Assembly (NCBI GenBank): GCA_040954595.2
Contig: CM082576.2
Span: 3,012,760-3,076,759 of the forward strand
DNA: 64,000 bases
From: Balanoglossus misakiensis
Lineage: Eukaryota; Animalia; Hemichordata
Direction of reading: 5' to 3'
Shown: positions 13,331-27,827 of the stretch, piece by piece
How the letters are laid out: each line of letters begins with the position of its first letter
Position numbering within the stretch: the first letter of the stretch is position 1
Program-made: the position numbers and the translations under genes
The notes under the pieces: model-generated
Told to the model about the DNA's origin: nothing
Databases searched by the model: none
Seen by the model: only the letters and a program-made list of their open reading frames with translations

Positions 13331-16300
13331 ATTAAAGATAATCACGCCAATCCAGCGAGATTAAATAAATAACCATTCCAATTAAACTAAACAATGGGTC
13401 TGCCACTGACAAGCTAATTACAGAGATTTCGAGGGTCGTTTCCCATCAGTTCTACGTTTGCTATTTTTAAATCCGCGAACAAAAAGGCCGGTATACATGT
13501 TGGATGAAAATTGACGGTAGTGCAGATGAGCTCACCAAACAGAAAACGCGGCCCAGCTTATTCTTTTAAACTTCATTGTCGTTGCCTTTTCACTTTGCCT
13601 TCACATAGTTCTTCCGAAGTTTACTTTAATTTTGGGTGCACCCCGTAACGCAGCCGCGTATACAGGATTCATGTAAAACGTGGACACTTACCTGCGCGCG
13701 CACCCAATGAAAATAATACATGATAAAATTATATGATAGAGTGAAAATAACCAATGTTATAAACCGACCTTTCTATGCTCACCTAAAGTTGTTTTAAGGA
13801 GCCTTTGTCTTTCAAGGAGCACAGTATGACAATTTTAATATTAATCTGCTCAACTGATAAAAACGAAGGGTTGACAGTCATGTTAACATTGATACAGTAT
13901 TTATTGCTTGAAGCCTGAAACTGAATAATTTGAATTGTGTGTGCGTTCAGATTGGTTTCTGCCTTTCGATGTCCTAAAGGCACAGTCTGTACAGTAGAGC
14001 CAGATAGAATATTAGGCCAGGATATATAAAGACGAACGAACGTTTATTTGAAGATGGGTGTAGGAAGCATTTATGATACGATGGGCTTACTGGTATCCAT
14101 ATTCTTCGTTCAAACGCCTTTCGGTATGAAAAGTCCAAAAAAACATCCATGAAAGACGACTGGACGTTTGCCAGTGGAATCACAGGACACGCGAAACACA
14201 ATGAAAAGAATACGAGGAACTAAACACAGCTCGGTTCTCAGTGCGACAACCTCCAGAAAGTTCACTTAAGAATAAAATTCCATGTGTGAACAAGAGATCT
14301 GTTCTGCGATGCACACTTATTCGCGTACAAAGTTGAAAATTATCTTGTGAGTGTTGTAAATGTTGTAGCGGTGGTATATGCAATTCACTCTCAGTTTTAA
14401 TATGCCTGTACGCATTACCCATGCATGCAGTAAATTCGTACCAAACTGTCCCAGACACTTATTAATATCCAAATCTAACTCTCTTCGTGGTAGTAGTAGG
14501 ATTCTAAATTCATTCGCCTATATAAAACATGGCACATCATAGTCTGGGGGACGTGTCGCATACTAAACGCCAAATAACGTCCCCAGGGGAGTATTGGCAA
14601 GAACAGTAGTTGCCTTATATAAAAAAAAATAGTGGGGAATTATCTAAAATCACAGACCAAGTTCCTTTGATGGGATGCCCCCATTGATATGTACACGAAT
14701 CCACACATTTAATGTAATTGTATTCCCTAGAATAAAACAAAAAACAATTCTCATCTCCTCCATAAGAACAGACGAACAGACAGGCAGAAGAAGAGGCCAA
14801 AAATAACCGGCATGCAATTCTCTTGCTAGATGTTTTCAGTTACGATCGTGTGAAATGTAGACAGTATAACTATTTCGGCGAAATCCGGGAGACGCGGAAT
14901 AACTATTTTAGGAAGGTGTGTAATTTTGAGCACATAAAAGTATGCATAGGGACTAACACATTGTTTCTGTGTGTGAATATAGCAAAAATTGGCCCGTGTG
15001 TCAGGCCCCGCACAGCCTCTGACACAACCCTGTGGTACAGTTCAGTGTACAGTAGGCAAAGACGGCACATGGCTGTTACTTGGGGATCGCTGTACAGGGA
15101 CAGCTCTGAAATCAGCCCAAGTTTCCAGCCTGAAAAATACAGTATACCTGTAACAGATGCTATAATTCTCAGAACCTGTCTTAGGTACTTATCGGAGACG
15201 GTTAAAAATCTGCCTGTGGTTTTCGAGCTGTGTAATTTAGTTGTTCCTCTCATTTTCTAGTCATAATGCATTATCTTTGACCCGTTGAAATCTGAAAATA
15301 TACAACCCGCATCTTTTTGATGAGTTCAGAAGATAGTGACTCCCGCGGCATACGTTGCGCTGGGTCATCCGTGTATGCACATGTACTTCAAGCAATAACA
15401 ATAATTGATAGAAAAATAAAATCGCCTAAATGCTGTGTCGAGAACAGAATTGTATCTGGCTTTACCAGCTTGTATAAATTTTAATTTCAATTATTGTAAA
15501 GTATGTTTGTTTGTTTGTTCGTTAGCCTAATTTTGAATCAAGAAGACGATTTTCAATTCTGTAGAAAATTAACCAGTTCATCACTCTTCTGGCACGTACT
15601 TGAGGGAAACTATCAATATCTGGGTGACCACTGTCTATGCAACTTTAAGCAGAAGTTGACGAGGCGTCACCGCCATATTGGCGTGACCACGGCGATCGCC
15701 TGCTTGCACTCACTTGATTGGGGGCGTTGTCTGGGAAAATATAGGGACGGCCGAAAATTTAACAACATAAATTTGTGACATTTTCATCGCCGGTGCCCCT
15801 ACAATAAGGGTCGACCAAACAATAAGAAACGAAGAAAACAAAAAAGTGCCATCCTCGTAAAATAGCCGCTGTCTATTTATACACCGTTCCGGCGTTCTCT
15901 GAAGCGTAGCCCGAGGCTTGGGCCTTCTGTCATGTTTATTTTTGGATGCCAACAATCGCATGGCGTGTGAAAAAATAACCGCCGCGCCATTTCACCTGGT
16001 ATAACAATATTCGATTTATACCATTTCTATGAAAAGTCCTGTCTCTGGTGATCGATACCATGACGAAAAGGTCACCCTGGGCCAATTGACGGACGTGATT
16101 TGTGGGGAGATGTGTCCATGGGCCATCATTTTGTCAGCGCGATTGGCTTTGTGGTCAGTGTGAAGGTTTATTCTATTATAATGTGACATCATTCTAGCAT
16201 CTGTCTCGAGCAGCAGCTTGGAGAGTTTATTCCACAAACATATAGCGACAAACTGGCGAGAATGCCCCGCAGCTCAGTAGCCAATGTCGTGAACGCTTCT

Positions 16301-19300
16301 ACAACTATTGATGTGACGTCAGAAGCACACATGTGATTCTGAAAGTGGGCTAATCTCACCTTCTAAAAGTACCCATGTTTCATTATAATTAGAACCCATT
16401 CTTTTAGTGTTGCTATTATATCAATAATGTTATGTGGAGGACCCATTTCCCCCCAATATTTTCTGGGGTCACCATGGATAAAAACACTTCATAGCCTAAA
16501 CAAGGGTCAACATTCCTCTCCAGAGACTAGAACCCTGGCAATCCTTGGCCTGAGTGAACGGATTCGCATAGTTGCACCTGTCCCGCCCATTGGCACATGA
16601 TTTTCTCGAACAATTCAGCCAGATGATTTAGCATTCAGCGGGGGACCTATCCTTTTAATAGGGTCATCCCACGCAATCAATGGTCATTTTCCGAGACCTT
16701 TAAAAGCGTCATGACCTTGGCCGAAACATTGGCGACGCGTCCATCATGCAGGATCAACGGTCAGCCTTCGGTTAAACAGGTATGGAACTATTGTCTACTT
16801 TTGTGACCGCCGGCGTGCTTCGAATTCCCTTCTTTGAATGTTGCAGTTGTGCGCGGAGCTGACATAGCCAATCACTGTCAAAATTCTCCTCCCAGTCATA
16901 GAGAAACATACCTTCCAAAATCCGAAAGAATGGCGTCTGCACCTTTTCTTTCCAATTACGTAGGGACTTGACAATTTGAACCGCGCACGGTGCATGAAAA
17001 GCGACCCAACCAATACAGACTGCTCTCACCCAATCGCAATGACAACACAGTCGCTTTCCGGTAACACCTTGGCTGATTTGCATAATTTCCGCTGACACTT
17101 TCAGTCCGCAAGAAGATGGCATTTCAAACCTCCACCAAAAACAAGCCGTGGATTTCATTCTATGTTTATTGCACAGCGTATAAAAATAATTCCTCTATTT
17201 GAAGCGTTTATTGATATAAGCGCATTATCGATCTCATCGACACTAACAAAGTCGGTGCGCGCGTCGACACCCTTTAAAATCTTACGAGGCGTTTTTATTG
17301 TGTGCTGGCGAGTACTCTCCCGCGCCATTATATTTCTCCGGGATCTTACCCTCTCTGCATTCATGGCCTGTCGGAGCTGGTTTGCAAATGAAAGTGGGAA
17401 CAGATAATGGCCATCTCTCCTTCGTCGCCCATATACACGCCGATTCTCTCGTATTCCAATTAAACGGCCAGAGAATTACTCTCACCTACATCATTCCGAT
17501 AATCAACGCGCCAGAACAGCCCTCAAAGTAACACTGGCGATTAGGAGGCTAGTTCCACCGTCGGTCGTTAAGACCGCAGATCGCGTAATTTTGGAGAAAA
17601 ATAAAAAAAATTATGACAGGGAACCAAAAACGTTAGATTGACTAAAACACCCATTTAACACTCTCCACTCCAACGCTATCAATCACCACCTTTCAAGGTA
17701 ATTGAATTTGACAGTTCGGGCGGTTGAAAAAGAAAAAAAATGCAGAAAATAATCATTACATTCACGTAAAAGTCTTTTTTGTGAACGAAAAAAATCACCT
17801 GTGATTTCGGTGGGGGGGGGGCCTGAGTGACGATTCGTCACAAGGTGAAGTACATGAGAATACTGGTATATGTGATTTTTTAATTTTCTGGGACAAACCA
17901 AAAGTTGCTGTGATTTTGTTTTTTTTACAACAGCACAAAAACTCTACGAATTCAGATTGTTTAACCGGAAGTCAGTCAGAAGGGTATATCCAAATCGACT
18001 TTGCTCCTGAAGGGCGCAGCTTAAGAATTCACAAAACATGAAAATAAAACTTCATCCTGAACCGTTGTCAAGGCCGGAATAATAGACTCGGGCGGAAAAT
18101 TGGCCTACGTTAAAAAGATAAAGAAAGAAAGAGAAGCCGACTTAGACCGCCGTTACCTCTCTTCACTGTAGAAAACAATGGCATTAAGCAATATCACGAG
18201 CGGCGACAGGTGTGGAAATGCATAATAAAATGCAAGTTATTTCCTCCATGAATCGGGGAACAATGCAATAATTGCGGTGAGCGTGTCAAAGGAAAGGCGC
18301 AGACGCTAACCGCGGTGATTGGTAAAAAAAAATCGCTCGTTTTCTTAAGTCCGGATTGTTTCGTGTTGGTAACGTGACGTCACGTGTTGGAATTAAAAAG
18401 AAACATCTAAGACATGCGACTGCTCAGCGTTTGCGAGGAAACGGTGCTGTTTACAAGTTCCGCTGCATTTTGACTTGAACTGTATCAAGTAAACATTCGA
18501 TGTGTACGTCACGGTGCCAATGACCTTCACATCGCATCCTACAGCAGTTTTAATTTTCACCGTGTATTTTTAAAAACAATAGGAGTTTTGATTTGCATCC
18601 GGGAATAGCGATTTTGCACTAAATGTATTCTGAAATCAACTGGTCACTGGGTTACTATTAACACGTGTACATTTCAAGGGAAAAGGTCAAAGTTCGAGAC
18701 AGTCTCACTCCGCTCGACAGGCTCAGTTCAAAGAAATGTAAATTATCGATTTCAAAGTTGTTATTATTTAACAAAAGTTGTCATTTTAGACAAAATGTTA
18801 GAAACCTATATGCTGTACCCACCCACACGCCGCAGAAAATCGTGAATAGCCCATTATATGAAAAAAACTAGATCTGCAATATTTTGTCAAAATGAAATTA
18901 TTTTGGATCATGTCCGTTAAAATAATCGCAAAGAGCGTTTGTTCACAGCGTGACATCGAAAAATCGCGTTGGCTGCAGTGAATGCGTGGTGATCATTATA
19001 TTAATTCGACCGCAAATCTAGACCACAATTTCTGTACACTCTACTTTTTACGACCAATCTCACGGGTGTCGTTGTCACACGCTGTCATTTGTCCTTCCAT
19101 GACCCCGATGGTGACGTAACCTTATTACGCTGACATTGGGTCACACAAAAAAGCTGCTTACGACGGCACGGTAAACAAGCAGGACACACAATCGACAGTC
19201 CTTCATCTCCGCCCAGCCGCGGAGATCGAATTCTCACAGCTGAATGGCTCTTGGCCACCCCCCCCCCCCCCATCGAAGACTCAGCAAAAGCCTATATGGA

Positions 19301-22263
19301 TATGACAACTACATTCAATCTAGTCGTGTCGCAAAACCTTGGTGTGTGTGTGTGTGTTTGGTATAGATGGCAGCTAGCCCGTTCCCATGGTAACGGGAAA
19401 GGTGTTGTTCTCGTTTCTTGAGTGACGTTTCTCCCGCGGACTAGTCAGTATTCACTCCGGACAAATGGCTTTGGTTCAAGAAAAAAAGGAAAATAAAGAA
19501 AACGTGTTACGTGAGCTTTCGTACAGGTGAATGCATGGCTGCACGTCTGTGCCCGGACCATTAATAAATCCATCGTTTCTTTTTGATTGGTTGTGTCACC
19601 ATTTAGGTGATATCAAGGCCAAAACTGTCATTCACATTAAATGGGGGAATTGCAGGTAATTTTTTTTTTCATAAATTGCATGCCGGGAAATAGCCGTCAA
19701 ATGCTCACTGTGCCGTGAACTTGTGACGCGGATGTCCGTTGGGAAAGGAAAGAAGTTTCCACCGTGTCGTTCTGAACACAAAACACCTTCAGACCGACAG
19801 ATTGTGGAATTTTTAGTTTCCACTCCCAAAATGCGTAGCTGTCGCTTCCTCGGGTCAAGTACCTCGACTTGGCCTAATAAAACGGGACTATCAGTAATGA
19901 CGTTGGCCGTGAAGAAGCAAACACCAAGTGAGGTCATGATTATACAGTGATATCATACAGACGTGAACCTGACACAACACTGGCGATATTCAGGGTCCGG
20001 GGCCTAAAGCAAACACAGCGGAATAGTTGGGCCTCGTCAGGAAGGAATGTATTTGGACACAAAAGGCTATTCTGTAATGATTCAGGGCCAGACCTCACCC
20101 TGCGCGTACATAAAAATAATTTCAAAAAGATGAGTGCCACCTTGACCTGTCCGGGAGGCGAAGGGACCGTATTGCCAGATTTCGCAATTCCTTAAATCTG
20201 TTGCGAAGACCGAGTCCAGCCAAATTTGTACAAATACCAGATCATGTTCGGCCTGTTGCAGCATTTCTTTGAAAAAAGGGACCTCGTTTGGGCGCGCGCA
20301 CAGACTCCCTAGAAGCGCAAAATTACACTGCGTCACGCACACGTTATCCCGGCGCGTTAGGGGCTGTGGACAAAAAAAAACGAGCGTGATCAACAAAATT
20401 TCTTCGTAAAAGGTGGTGGGGGGTTGTAGTTCGATTACCACGCGGGCAACTTCGCAATTTTGATGTAAGAAATGTTTTCGGGGTCAAAGCAAAAATAAGC
20501 ATGGCACAGACATTGTATCTTGCCACCAGGAAATAATTCTTTCCCTGAAATTGTGGTCAATAAATATCACAGTAGTTTACTGAGAGCAGGATAAACGCAA
20601 TTCAGTTTCGTTCCTCGTGTACGAGGTTTGATTATGCACGACCCCTTACTGGATGCCGATTAGACGTGGCGGCGCGCACGTCATTTAATGATAAGTGCGC
20701 ACCAGCGCCAACGAGTTATATTTCGTCCAAGCAAGTGTTCGCTTCTTCATTTCGTGCGGACAGTATTCCAATTTTTACGGAAATCGTAAAAGAAACCTAG
20801 GGTAAAGGCACTTTGATGATGGCACTTTACGGTAATAAATACAACGATCTGCCCAGAAAGCGGAGTGTGAGGAAATTGTCGCCCACGGAATATTGAGCGA
20901 GGGATAAACACTCCCGCAAACAAACAAGACATATTTAATGAAATTGAACGATTGCAGTAGAAAGCGGCGTCGATATTGGCTATACCCGAGAATAATTTTG
21001 AACCTGACCTTGAGGTGTCCATTGAGACATAATTATGCGAGCTATGTCGAGTTGTTTACGTCAGGATATAAGTCGGCGTAACGAACTATCGATGACGGTT
21101 CCCCGCCTATTCAGATCTCGGTTTAACCTAAGTCGTTGAACTTCGAGGAGAGTTCAAACGGCCCATCCTTGGACATGAACTTGTGATGCAATGATGAATA
21201 AACCAGGCGGTGTTTTTTTGCCGCGGGAAGTTTTAGTAAATACTGCGCGTATGGGGAATAACATTTTAATCGATCAACACGGTGTAGAGAGATCGTCGCG
21301 ATAATGTTCTTCAGTATTTAACACCGTTTGATAGTGTATTAGTTTGTGAAATTGCGTTATTTTCAACTCATTTTAACATATAAGTGTGACCTTAAATTCT
21401 TGTTTCAAGTGTTGAATTTGACCTCGGTGGGCGGTGTACTATTCCCTTGGACTGGAGTGGTAAACAGTGGGTCCCATTGTGTGACGCAACTGACTGATCA
21501 CAGTGATGGAGAATACACCCCTGTTGATTGGTGGATGTGTGGATGGATGGGAGAATGAATGGACGGCTGGCCATGCCAGTCTGTTGAAGAAATGGCGGCG
21601 AGGGTATATTGTTGAAAACGTATGCAAAACAATATTGGTACAGGAAAGGGCGACTAAACAAATCACAACATTTTCAGTTGCTGTTGATTTAACATCACAA
21701 GAGTCATGAGAGTAGGCTTGCGACCGTGCGTGTGTGCGTGCTTGCCTGCATGCGTGCGTGCGTGCGTGCGACTGTATGCCTCGCCAGCAACATTGTTTCA
21801 TCACGACCCATTATGGCTATGGGCTATTACAGATGGCGCGTGTAAGTTTAAACGGCGCGCACATTCACGCGTGTATTATCAGACATACATCAGCCCCGTG
21901 CGATTCTTTACACAGCGAATAGTAATGGCACTTTTGGCCTATGTGACTGTATCGATGGGGTGGTTGATGGCGGCGACCGATTGAATTTCAGGAGAATGTA
22001 CATGCGAGAGAAGAGGAGGAAATTCTATGTATTTGTTAAAAATATGGAACCTTTATAAATAAAATGTACAAAAATACGTATGTCTGCACACGGATGAGAC
22101 ATGTGATCACATCACGTATATGTGGTAAGTCGGTTTGCCAATTTTGTGGTGAAATTCGACATCTCGTTTACAGTCGAATCCCGGGGGTGAATTTGAAAAA
22201 ATTAGAGGGCGTTAACCACTCGCGAAAAAAAATAACGGGTTTCCGATGCAAATTCTGCCATAC

Positions 22264-22917
22264 TTACGCAACAGAGTCGCATAATCATCTCATTTCATAC
22301 AAATATTAAAATGAAGTGGGCTGGTTATAGACTGTTGCGCTGGCCAATCAAAACCGGCGTAGCAGGGAGGTTCCCTAATAAATAGTCATATCTGAAGCGT
22401 AAGAAGGTCGTCGTGTCGACGTCACACGCCGCTTTTCATCGTAGGGGTCATAAGTGTTCACTAGGGAAGGCAACAAAACATTATCATCAGGTCACTACAT
22501 TCAGAGTCGTAGTCAACATTCGAAGCGTACGCTCCAGAGGCACTCCTCCGCCACCCCTATACGGATCGGAACCGGCAGATCGGAAAGTGGCCAGGTTTTT
22601 GCAAGCCAGCGTCGGTTTTTACGCATCTGGTGCCGTCAATCGGCTCGTCCCAGTCGAAGGTGAGTGGCTTTTATCCAGTTGAAGCACTTCTGGGCGTTAT
22701 CACATGTTTGAGCCATCTTGTTTACTGCATTTGTTACACCGCGTGCACACCATGTACATGAATGTGAACGGCATTTGTGTCCGGTATCGCAACTTGACCC
22801 GGTCGGACAAATAAAGCGTGGCATTCATTGCTTTATACGACGGGACGAGGACTGTTGTCACGCTTGGTCGCTGCTACCTATTAATACGGTTGTCTACTTT
22901 TCTTTTCTTTTTCACAG
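22264..22917 (+). promoter_or_regulatory. Probable promoter, non-coding first exon and first intron of the bZIP gene
   Basis: TTACGCAA at 22264-22271, CCAAT at 22344-22348 and an AT-rich TATA-like AATAAATA at 22377-22384. Strong donor AAG|GTGAGT (intron starts 22660). A long pyrimidine tract ends TTCACAG| at 22917, 54 nt before the ATG. Confidence 0.6.
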
Positions 22918-22971
22918 ATCAAAACAGACCAAAAATTCAGACGCGGGCCAGTTACATTCCAAGTCATTATT

Positions 22972-23838
22972 ATGGCCTCTCTTACAAATGGCGAGCACAC
23001 TTTGAAAGAGGAGAAACTAGTCGGTGAAGAGAAGAGATTTGAGAGTATGTCGGTGAATGAAGACCGAGAACGGGCTAGTCTGAATCAACGGGAAATCGAC
23101 GAGACGCGCCGTCGAGAGAGACTCATGCTAATAGAGGGTCGCAAAAGTCATATGATAGCCGGTCCATCTATGCTGATCACGTCGAGCGGTGCTTCGGTCA
23201 GCGGCCGCCCCACGTTTGCCGATACCCTCAACGGCATTTCCCACAAACCACTCGATCTGAGCTACCCGAAAATCTCCAGTGCAATTAGCCCGTACAAACT
23301 GTACCCGTACCCGCCGCACGCCATGCCACATTCCCATCCAGGTATCTCGCCGTACAGCTTCAGCGATCCGGCGGCCCTGTCGGCGGCGGCCGTGGCTGCT
23401 TACGGCGCCTACCCGCTCTACCCGAGCATGATGGAATCAGCGGTGACGCCGTCGTCATCATCGTCCGCGTCGAGCATCAAATTCCCGCTCAGTTCATTGT
23501 TACGCAAGAGACGCAGCAGTGATGCCTCCCAGCAGTCTCAGTCGTCGAACTCGTCTCAAGGATCCTCCACCGCCGAATCCCAGCAGCCCAACTCCTCAAT
23601 GTCACCGCAGAAGAAAGCGCGCGCCGTCCCCGAGGAGAAGAAGGACGCCGCGTACTGGGAGCGGAGAAGGAAAAACAACGACGCTGCCAAGCGATCCCGG
23701 GACGCGAGGAGGGCGAAAGAGGAAGAGATCGCCCTGCGGGCCGCTTTCCTCGAACAAGAAAACATGAAGCTCAGAGCCGAAGTATCAATTCTCAAAAACG
23801 AACTCGCGAGGCTACACTATATGGTGTACAGTTGCTGA
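22972..23838 (+). CDS. CES-2/Giant-like (PAR-related) bZIP transcription factor, 288 aa, single coding exon
   Basis: C-terminal [64 protein letters not shown] is a PAR-class basic region plus zipper, closest from memory to C. elegans CES-2 and Drosophila Giant/CG7786. No recognisable PAR domain. PLDLS motif at 23248-23262. GC-rich codon usage. Confidence 0.92.
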   Translation: MASLTNGEHTLKEEKLVGEEKRFESMSVNEDRERASLNQREIDETRRRERLMLIEGRKSHMIAGPSMLITSSGASVSGRPTFADTLNGISHKPLDLSYPKISSAISPYKLYPYPPHAMPHSHPGISPYSFSDPAALSAAAVAAYGAYPLYPSMMESAVTPSSSSSASSIKFPLSSLLRKRRSSDASQQSQSSNSSQGSSTAESQQPNSSMSPQKKARAVPEEKKDAAYWERRRKNNDAAKRSRDARRAKEEEIALRAAFLEQENMKLRAEVSILKNELARLHYMVYSC

Positions 23839-26800
23839 AGTTGAAAAACAACCGCCGTCACTGGCATATCATATTTATATGGATGTTGTATATTTATTAC
23901 CGCTCGTTCAAGACAATGTGCTTACACGTTTCTGTTCACATTGGACGTGGATGCGCGCAACGGAACTTGAGAAGTGCTAGTTCATTTATGTACATAACTA
24001 TTTTGCTGTCGGGGGAAAAAGACTATTTCTCTATTTTTGAACAATTTTGTGAGTTGTACTCATTTATTGATAACAGAGTCACTTATCGACCAAACGAGAG
24101 TTCGGAAAACGGGTGTACGGAATTTTGCTGCCTCAATTCCCGTTCAACTGGTGTTTTCATTTAGTGTTACCTTCAAACTATATTAGTTAGAATGCTTTTT
24201 TGTTCGCATTGACGCTTAGAATCAATAGAGTTAATTCCGTTTCGCTAACGAGGCATTGACTTTTAAGGTGTAACTTCTGAAATATTAAGAACTATTTTTT
24301 ATGTCTTTAAGTGTGGCAGGTGGGTATTACGAACCGCCGTGTCACAGTTTCGTGGTTATCTTTGCTCCGCCACTTTTCTTGCCAATTCAGCTACTGCCAT
24401 TCAAACGGGACACACAGTATGTGTGTCGTGAACTAAGATTTTTAACATACGTCGCGCAGTTTAAAAAAAACCTGACTACCTCACGGGGAAATTAATGACA
24501 ATCACAGCGACTAGAAAAAAAATCACAGTTCGGTGAAAATTATTTGTCTTGATAACTTTTTTAGTTCCTGGGCAACTGATTGAAGAAATTGAGCAGTAAG
24601 TTTTGACTTTAGCGTAAAAGGGGAAAAAATATGTAGCCATAACCGACAAAGTCGGCGAATGTACTCGATATTGGATAAAACGCATCGTCTTTTCGTGCCT
24701 TTGGCAAGTTTGCTATTTATATGTCCTTTATTTTGTAAATTTCACTTGATCATTGAAATAAACTGTGGATTTTAAGTGTTTAATCGTCTTTCCTCGGCTC
24801 TGTGTTTTGCCACTGTACTCGATCGTGCAAAGTTTTATACTAAGAGCTTGATTCGAAACACGCAAACAGATTTTCTTTTGGTCCTGGCTGTGCAGTAGGG
24901 GGGGGGTAACATTTCGTACATGCTGGGCTTCCTTGAGTTGAAGCGATCTGTCGCACACGCTTAACTTTTTTAAGAAAAAATAACGACAAACAGAGAAACA
25001 CGCAGTTCAATTTACGGCAAGATTGTCAAACAGAAGTTTCGATAACGATGATGTTTGTGAAAACAATGGAACGGGGTTCTATTTGACTGGTATGATGAAC
25101 TCTGGTGAACGCGTGACGATGATGTTTCTTAATATTGCTTTCGGCGGCGGTAACGGTCTTTGTATTCGTTTTCTTTCTCCTCGAAGCTATTTCCTTTTAC
25201 CTGCCACTTCAGATTCAATCTACACCAACTGGTTTGTTTTTCGCTGTCGTTTTTCGTGGTTATTTCGGAATTTATATCGCTTACACAACATCTGATCGAA
25301 CTTCAGAGTGCTCTCAAAACGTAGTAGGCCTACCCTATCTGGGGACAACTCACGGCGGGGTAAACTTTTCAAAATGTCTAAAAACACAATGTGCCAATTA
25401 AACAACAGACAAGGTCAAACAAGAGGTGAGGTCGTGATGGGGTCACTCCAGCCGGGCCAAGGTTGTCGTCCATTGCCAATGCCACGGATTGACCTCACGG
25501 TGGGGAGTCGAGATTGTGTGAATTTACGACATATTGACAAGGATAGGGTCGTGCGATGAGTCAGCTCTCACGACTGGGCAGCGAGAGAGAAAAAATTGGG
25601 AGGAAATCGGCTGTGAACCTCTATCAAACTATTAAACATCATGAAGAGCGTCAAGCTCAGAAACACACAACCATCCGTATCCCCGTAGAAATGCTACACG
25701 AATTTCAGGTTTACTAAAGTGTTTTCCATATTTGTATGTTTTATAATTGAGCACGTGTATCCCTTCAAAGCGCAGTCGTAGTTACCGGTAATAGGTACAT
25801 ACCCCAACCGGTATGAATGGAAAGCAAAATTTATACGTCTCGTGGAGACAATGCGTGCTTTCAGCTGGTACAGCGCAGAAACGTGCATAATAAGTCAGGC
25901 CATTTTCAAAGGTTGTTTACACAAAACTTGTCCTTCTTTTGTATCGCCTTCCTTTTATATCTTAAGTATATGGCACTGGAAAGGCTGCTGGGCTTGAGGT
26001 CAAACCGTGAACTTATCTGTGATGCAATATTTTTCAATGGTACAACTATTTGCCACCCAACTCCCTTTGAAAGATGCCCAATGACACTCAGCCAAGCCTG
26101 TCACAACATCCGTGAGCGATGGCCAGACTCCTCAGGTCACCGGCGATTGACACATCCACTGTATGTTCAACAAGTTCAAGTTGTCGCCTTTAATATCCAA
26201 TCTGCGCCAACCTAACGCATATCGTTTGTTAACGCACGGCGCCTCAGCCCTGCTATCGATCATAAACGCTGTGTATACCTGTTTCACCGCCCGATGGAAA
26301 CAGGTGGATGAGTTTTTTTCTTCTACGGGCTACGCATGGTGAAGAGTGGGCGCGGTGAGGAACGAGGCCCTCTCAACAGATGTTGACCATTCCGTTGTCA
26401 TGGAAAACACATCCATATGTACTTTCAGTTAAAGTCCTTAAGACATTTATGAACAATTAAAAAGGGAAGAGGGACACTGCATTTTGAAAGAAATTGTATA
26501 ACAAAGTAAGGTCTCATCCATCCATCTCTCTCTCTCTCTCTCTCCCTTCCCCCCTCCTCTCTACCCCCCGCGCGACTCCCTACAACGACATGTAACGCAG
26601 AAGAGATATGTTGACTCTTGGCTAACTGGGGTTGTTATTTGTCACGGGGGTAAATACAGTTTTAAGAAGGGATCGAACTACGAAAGTATCTCACGAACTT
26701 GGGGCCTGACGTGACCAGCGCCTCAGCTGGTAACAGAGTGATCATCCATTCGGAACTGGGCTCGTAGCACAAGGTACTACAACGCTGGCGATTTCAAGAG

Positions 26801-27827
26801 ATCGGTGACCTCTGAACCTGTTGCCGAGGTAACCAAGACAGGGGGAAATTAGAAGTGCTGCAATGGGACCGCCGGGTTTTGAATTGGAAAGTCGCGGAAC
26901 AGTCGAGTCGATCTGGCTGGTCCCCGCGAGAGCTTCATCCAAACGTAAAATCTATCGGGGGAATGAACTCGTTTTCTCCGCCAAGGACCGACGATAATAT
27001 TGTGTCAATGTCACAATGCAAATGTGAAGTTCGGCCCAGTAGATCTTAGTCTTATGCTTTCGAATTTGAAGACAGCTATGTTTGGAGCACATGCCGGCTA
27101 TGTAGAGTTTGTTGACTATTCTGTTCACGCTTGCAGAAAAATGCCTCTCCAGCGAGTCACTTTGAGAAATACACAATTGACTTCACACGCTGACTTTATT
27201 GACTGGAACCTTTCCATATTTTCATGGAAGCGTGTTGTGCTAGCTTTCTTGTGCTTTAAGTGGCTGCGAGGTGTTTGATGAATATACGTGTTATGAAAGC
27301 CCTTGTCCACCTCCAATACTACCACCACCTCCTCTTCTAAGAGATGCAAATGTCCTCCTGCATTGTATCTTACCACATGTTGGATAACTGAATGCCTTTT
27401 GATCATATTACTGGGTGGGTGACCTTCAACCATTCGTCATTGAGCGGGCATGTTTTATTTTACCCCCCCCCCCCCCCCCTTTCCATTGGACACTCGGATC
27501 AGAGGTGGTCCGCCATAGATGCGCTCCCTTGAACCATCTGGAGAACCCATTGTTGTCCTTTGCTAAATGTGAACCAGGCGCCTAATTATGAAATTGACTG
27601 TGAACTCCATCACGGTAACTTCAGCGCATTCACATGTAGATTTATTTGATTCGTTGTCACATATTATGTACCACTATTATTTTTTATGACAGGCTTTTTT
27701 GATTCTTTGAAGAGCCGAGAACCGATCAGATTCAAGGTGGCCACATTCCAGGGGGGACTTGATGGCGATAAATATTAACTGGAATGTTCTTGCAAACATG
27801 AAAGCATTCAATCTTGTATATAGAACA

